A stretch of DNA of 64,000 nucleotides, taken from the NCBI GenBank assembly GCA_030704615.1, contig CM060734.1, forward strand, positions 2,976,001-3,040,000. Direction: 5' to 3'. The notes under the pieces are model-generated. The model worked only from the letters and a program-made list of their open reading frames with translations, was not told the origin of the DNA and did not search any database. Shown here in pieces: positions 60,781-64,000 of the stretch. The stretch's first letter is position 1. The number at the start of each line of letters is the position of its first letter. This DNA is from Takakia lepidozioides. Its lineage: Eukaryota > Plantae > Bryophyta. Position numbers and translations under genes: made by a program.

Positions 60781-63345
60781 CTAATACCTCCTTCCATGTA
60801 CATCTTCTCAAATGTCTGAACCCTGTATATTTCAAAGTACCAGAAAATTCAGGGTGGGAGGGTGGGATTCCAAGACAAGCATCATCCTTGTTTGATACCC
60901 AATTTACACACAATTGATTCATGCCCTTGAGCTGTAAATGTTCAGTTGCTTTATACAAAGCACAGCCAAGAAACACAGCCAATACACATCCACCATAGCA
61001 AAAGCGATGCAATTTACTCAGGTTTGCAGACTTTCACACCCGTGATTCAAATCAACCATTCATGTCAGTCTTCCATAAATCCAAATTTTTTAGCTATCAT
61101 GGGCATATTGCAGGTTTGGAGGAGGTAATCCAAGGTCTTATCAAGCCATTGCAAGGTTACCATGGATATGGCTTTCCATGGCTCTGGCTTATCATGGATC
61201 TGGCTCACCATGGATCTGATTTTTCAGAACATAGTAACACAGGCTGGAATAGATTGACATCATAAACCTGCTGAGAACTTATTTGGGTACCCTCATAGTT
61301 CAAGCAACTGCCATACCAACAATTCACTCACTTCACATGCCCATTCAGTATGTACCTTGAAAGAAACCAGCAGTAATCTTCCGAGTCAAAACAATTTGCA
61401 AGGGTTTTCTTTAAAAACACTGGGATTTCCAAGAGTACACCATGATATTTTTTAAGTTAAAACAGCAGAACCAGATCTGTTTTGCTTCAAGGAACAGCTC
61501 CAAAGACCCTATTTGGTAAATTTACAGCGCCAATATACCATCTGAGAACCCATCACTACAAATGGTTGATCGTAGTGTAAAACGGGGCTGTTTCAAGGCC
61601 CAGAGCATTAAACTCAAAGAACTTTGTAGGGTATCATAAACCAATCAACAGAGTAGTTCTATACAGCCAAGGGTTCACATAGATGTTAGGGGTTTGTGAG
61701 GAAACCAGCAAATACCCTATGTGGCTCTAAAAATACAGTTGTAGGTCTGAGCAATCTAAGTTAAAAGAGCATACATGGGCCCGTTTTACACTTGAATGGA
61801 AGTTTAAAGCACATCCCTGTGGAAGCAGCATTCGAAGTAGTAAAGTGCCGCAGGGAAGTATGCAACATTATTCCATCTTCTCTGCATTGTCCATATCCTC
61901 TGCAAGCTTTACAAATCAAATCAAGTGATGTCCCTCACCTGCGCCCGTCCCAAAAACCATCACAAATGACAATTTGTGTGTTAGTGAGGATGCGCGAGGT
62001 GAGTTACAGGACATCACACTTGCTATCGATGTCAGAAATGATTCCTAAAGCAAGCATTACATGAAAAGACAAGCAAAAGCAACATTTTCCAGAAACCTTT
62101 AAAGCTTGTGGAATGAAAGTACTCTGTGACATGGCATCCAAGATCTGGCATTCAATCAAAGCAAACACAAAGGGTTTGCTGAAGGGTAGAGAGGAGCTTA
62201 TCAACACCATTAAGCTTCCTTAGATCCTATAGGGCGCCGCTGCAGCATAAACGAACAATGACCAATTCTCCATAAAGCACGGCAGCAGCTTGTCTGCCAG
62301 TTCGTGAATTGAAGATACCAGCATAGGAGCAGCAAATTCGGTTATAACCGCACCTCCCAATGAAATTGACAACACGGAATCAAGCCGCTAAGTCGTCAAG
62401 CCGCCATCACGCAACTCCAGGAAAAAACCAAAGCCCAAGTGTCGGGTTGTTAGGTTTATAGAGGTGATCAAACACGCACCTTGCGATTTCATCCGGTCTG
62501 GATGAGAAATCGCATGTAGTTGATAGGTCATTTTCGTGGGATTTTATCCACTAGAGATGTAATCAATAGGTTTCCAGGATGTCATCCATTCTGTGTGACA
62601 TCCGACAGGGATGAAAAACCAACCATTCATTAGGTTTAAACCATAAGCTCATATTCAGGATAGATGAAATTTCGAACCCCTCAAGACCATAATTCACACC
62701 CTAAATGAATTAAATGGTGAGAATAAAAAATCCTTGGAAAATAAAAAATCAGATCATCCGTTAGGTTTTCATCCGGTATGGATGAAAAACAAGAAAACAT
62801 GGATGAAAGAACATACACTAGTACCATAGAGGCCAAGGTAATGGCAAAGATTCCAAGAGATTTATTGGAGGGAGAGAGAGAGGGAGAGAGAGGGAACCCA
62901 CCATCCAACCCCTGGCATGGCAGTCCCTTACAGAGTGAGTGCGGTATGCACTCACCCCCTAAGGGAGTGCATACCAGACCCATTCTTGTACAAGGTTTCT
63001 TCCTCTGCATTGTAGTTCTACCCCTGGACAATAGTACCATAAGGATATGAACTTACATCCCTTGCCCCGAGGTCAAGAGTAAACAAAGGCATGACATGAA
63101 TCAAAACTTGACAGGCCTTACGTCAGGAAATATCCAGCTTACCTCTTTAGCATTTCATCAAGCTCATTGCTGCTGGCAAGACATAGAAGAGGAGAAGCAT
63201 GTGAAATCACCATATTGTAAGGCTGATTCAGTGGCCTGTTATGGTTCTGATTCATTGGCCTGATTCACTTTTCCCATGTCAAAAGTGATCAAAGTCATAC
63301 CAATAAAAAAGCTGGACAAGTAGAGTCATAGCTGCTGCTGCTCAG

Positions 63346-64000
63346 TCACACCCCCCCCCCCCCCACATTTTTTTCTTTTTTCTTTGTTGCCCCCTCTCTT
63401 GGGGAAACAAAAGGGACAGATCGTACCTTTGTCAGGGGCTGACGTTGGTAGTAAGACTTACCTTCACATATAGAATTAATCCGGGTTTTCCAGATATCCT
63501 CTACAAATCCCTTCACACAAGCATCAATCCGTTGTGTGTGAGTTGCCCAAAAACTAGGCCTCAGAAGGGGCTGGGCTTTTGGCTCAGCCTCGGCTTTTTC
63601 AAAGTTAGTAAATAGAGGTACATGCACAATTCCCTTGATAGATTTGAAGAGAGCGTCTCTTTGGTGAGAAAACCCCGGACAGTGTATCAAAAAATGAATA
63701 ATGTCTTCAGGTTGCCCACAGACATGGTTGGACACTACAGCCTCTAAGTCAGATTTATCCAGCAGGGTGAAGACTTGCGGTTCCAGGTCCAGGTCCTTGA
63801 GAATCTCTTCTACTGTCTTCTACCAGGACTTAGCCTGTTTGACAGGTCGGTGGGCGGTCCTGTTTCCAAGATATAGAGTCGATTAACTTAGGATATCTGG
63901 TGTTGGACATATGTTGCAGCTGAACCCACTATCTGACCTTGAATTTATCTCGTCAGGAGCTTAAAAGAGAGCAGCACAGAAGAGAGGGAGAGAGAGGGAC
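63346..64000 (-). mobile_element. Second LINE-like fragment with C-terminal Zn-knuckle CGQPEDIIHFLIHC
   Basis: 63720-63990 is homologous to 60430-60695. The ExxxHxxxxC pattern is typical of non-LTR ORF2 ends. Confidence 0.6.

Noticed and set aside
62480-62810. TTTCATCC/GGATGAAA inverted motifs as part of the MULE palindrome system
   Set aside because: They lack the GGCGCC core and regular spacing; probably a relic of an unrelated small element.

Overview
This is eukaryotic, transposon-dense DNA, probably from a non-seed land plant (inferred from spliceosomal introns and a tRNA-iMet-primed chromovirus). No intact host gene is evident. (1) Bases 1-42761 are a nest of a Mutator-like (MULE) DNA transposon family and a Ty3/Gypsy chromovirus. 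The MULE carries two divergently transcribed, intron-containing genes. One is a DDE/SWIM transposase. The other is a large gene fusing an N-terminal ParB/Srx-like domain (YVWDGNHRLLAW) to a C-terminal beta-class DNA amino-methyltransferase fold (DMILLDIPDG ... RILDLTCGTGAS ... FAFEPD). The element's non-coding DNA holds four different tandem arrays that share one palindrome (GGAAATTCGGCGCCGAATTTCC), spaced at near-integer multiples of about 10.6 bp. This ParB-methyltransferase plus parS-like array module on a plant transposon is the main candidate for an undescribed system. One MULE copy (+, 1-7522) sits inside a Gypsy element. A second, inverted copy (11214-42761) was hit by a full-length Gypsy (12141-18608, TSD GGAAG) and then underwent a ~7.98-kb tandem triplication. 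(2) Bases 46262-60254 hold two inverted copies of a repeat-rich element carrying an intronless Ser/Thr-kinase-like ORF, with Helitron-like hairpin+CTAG outer ends. (3) The rest is AT-rich DNA with a MITE, LINE fragments and small repeats. All domain calls come from motif reading by eye; no database search was run.
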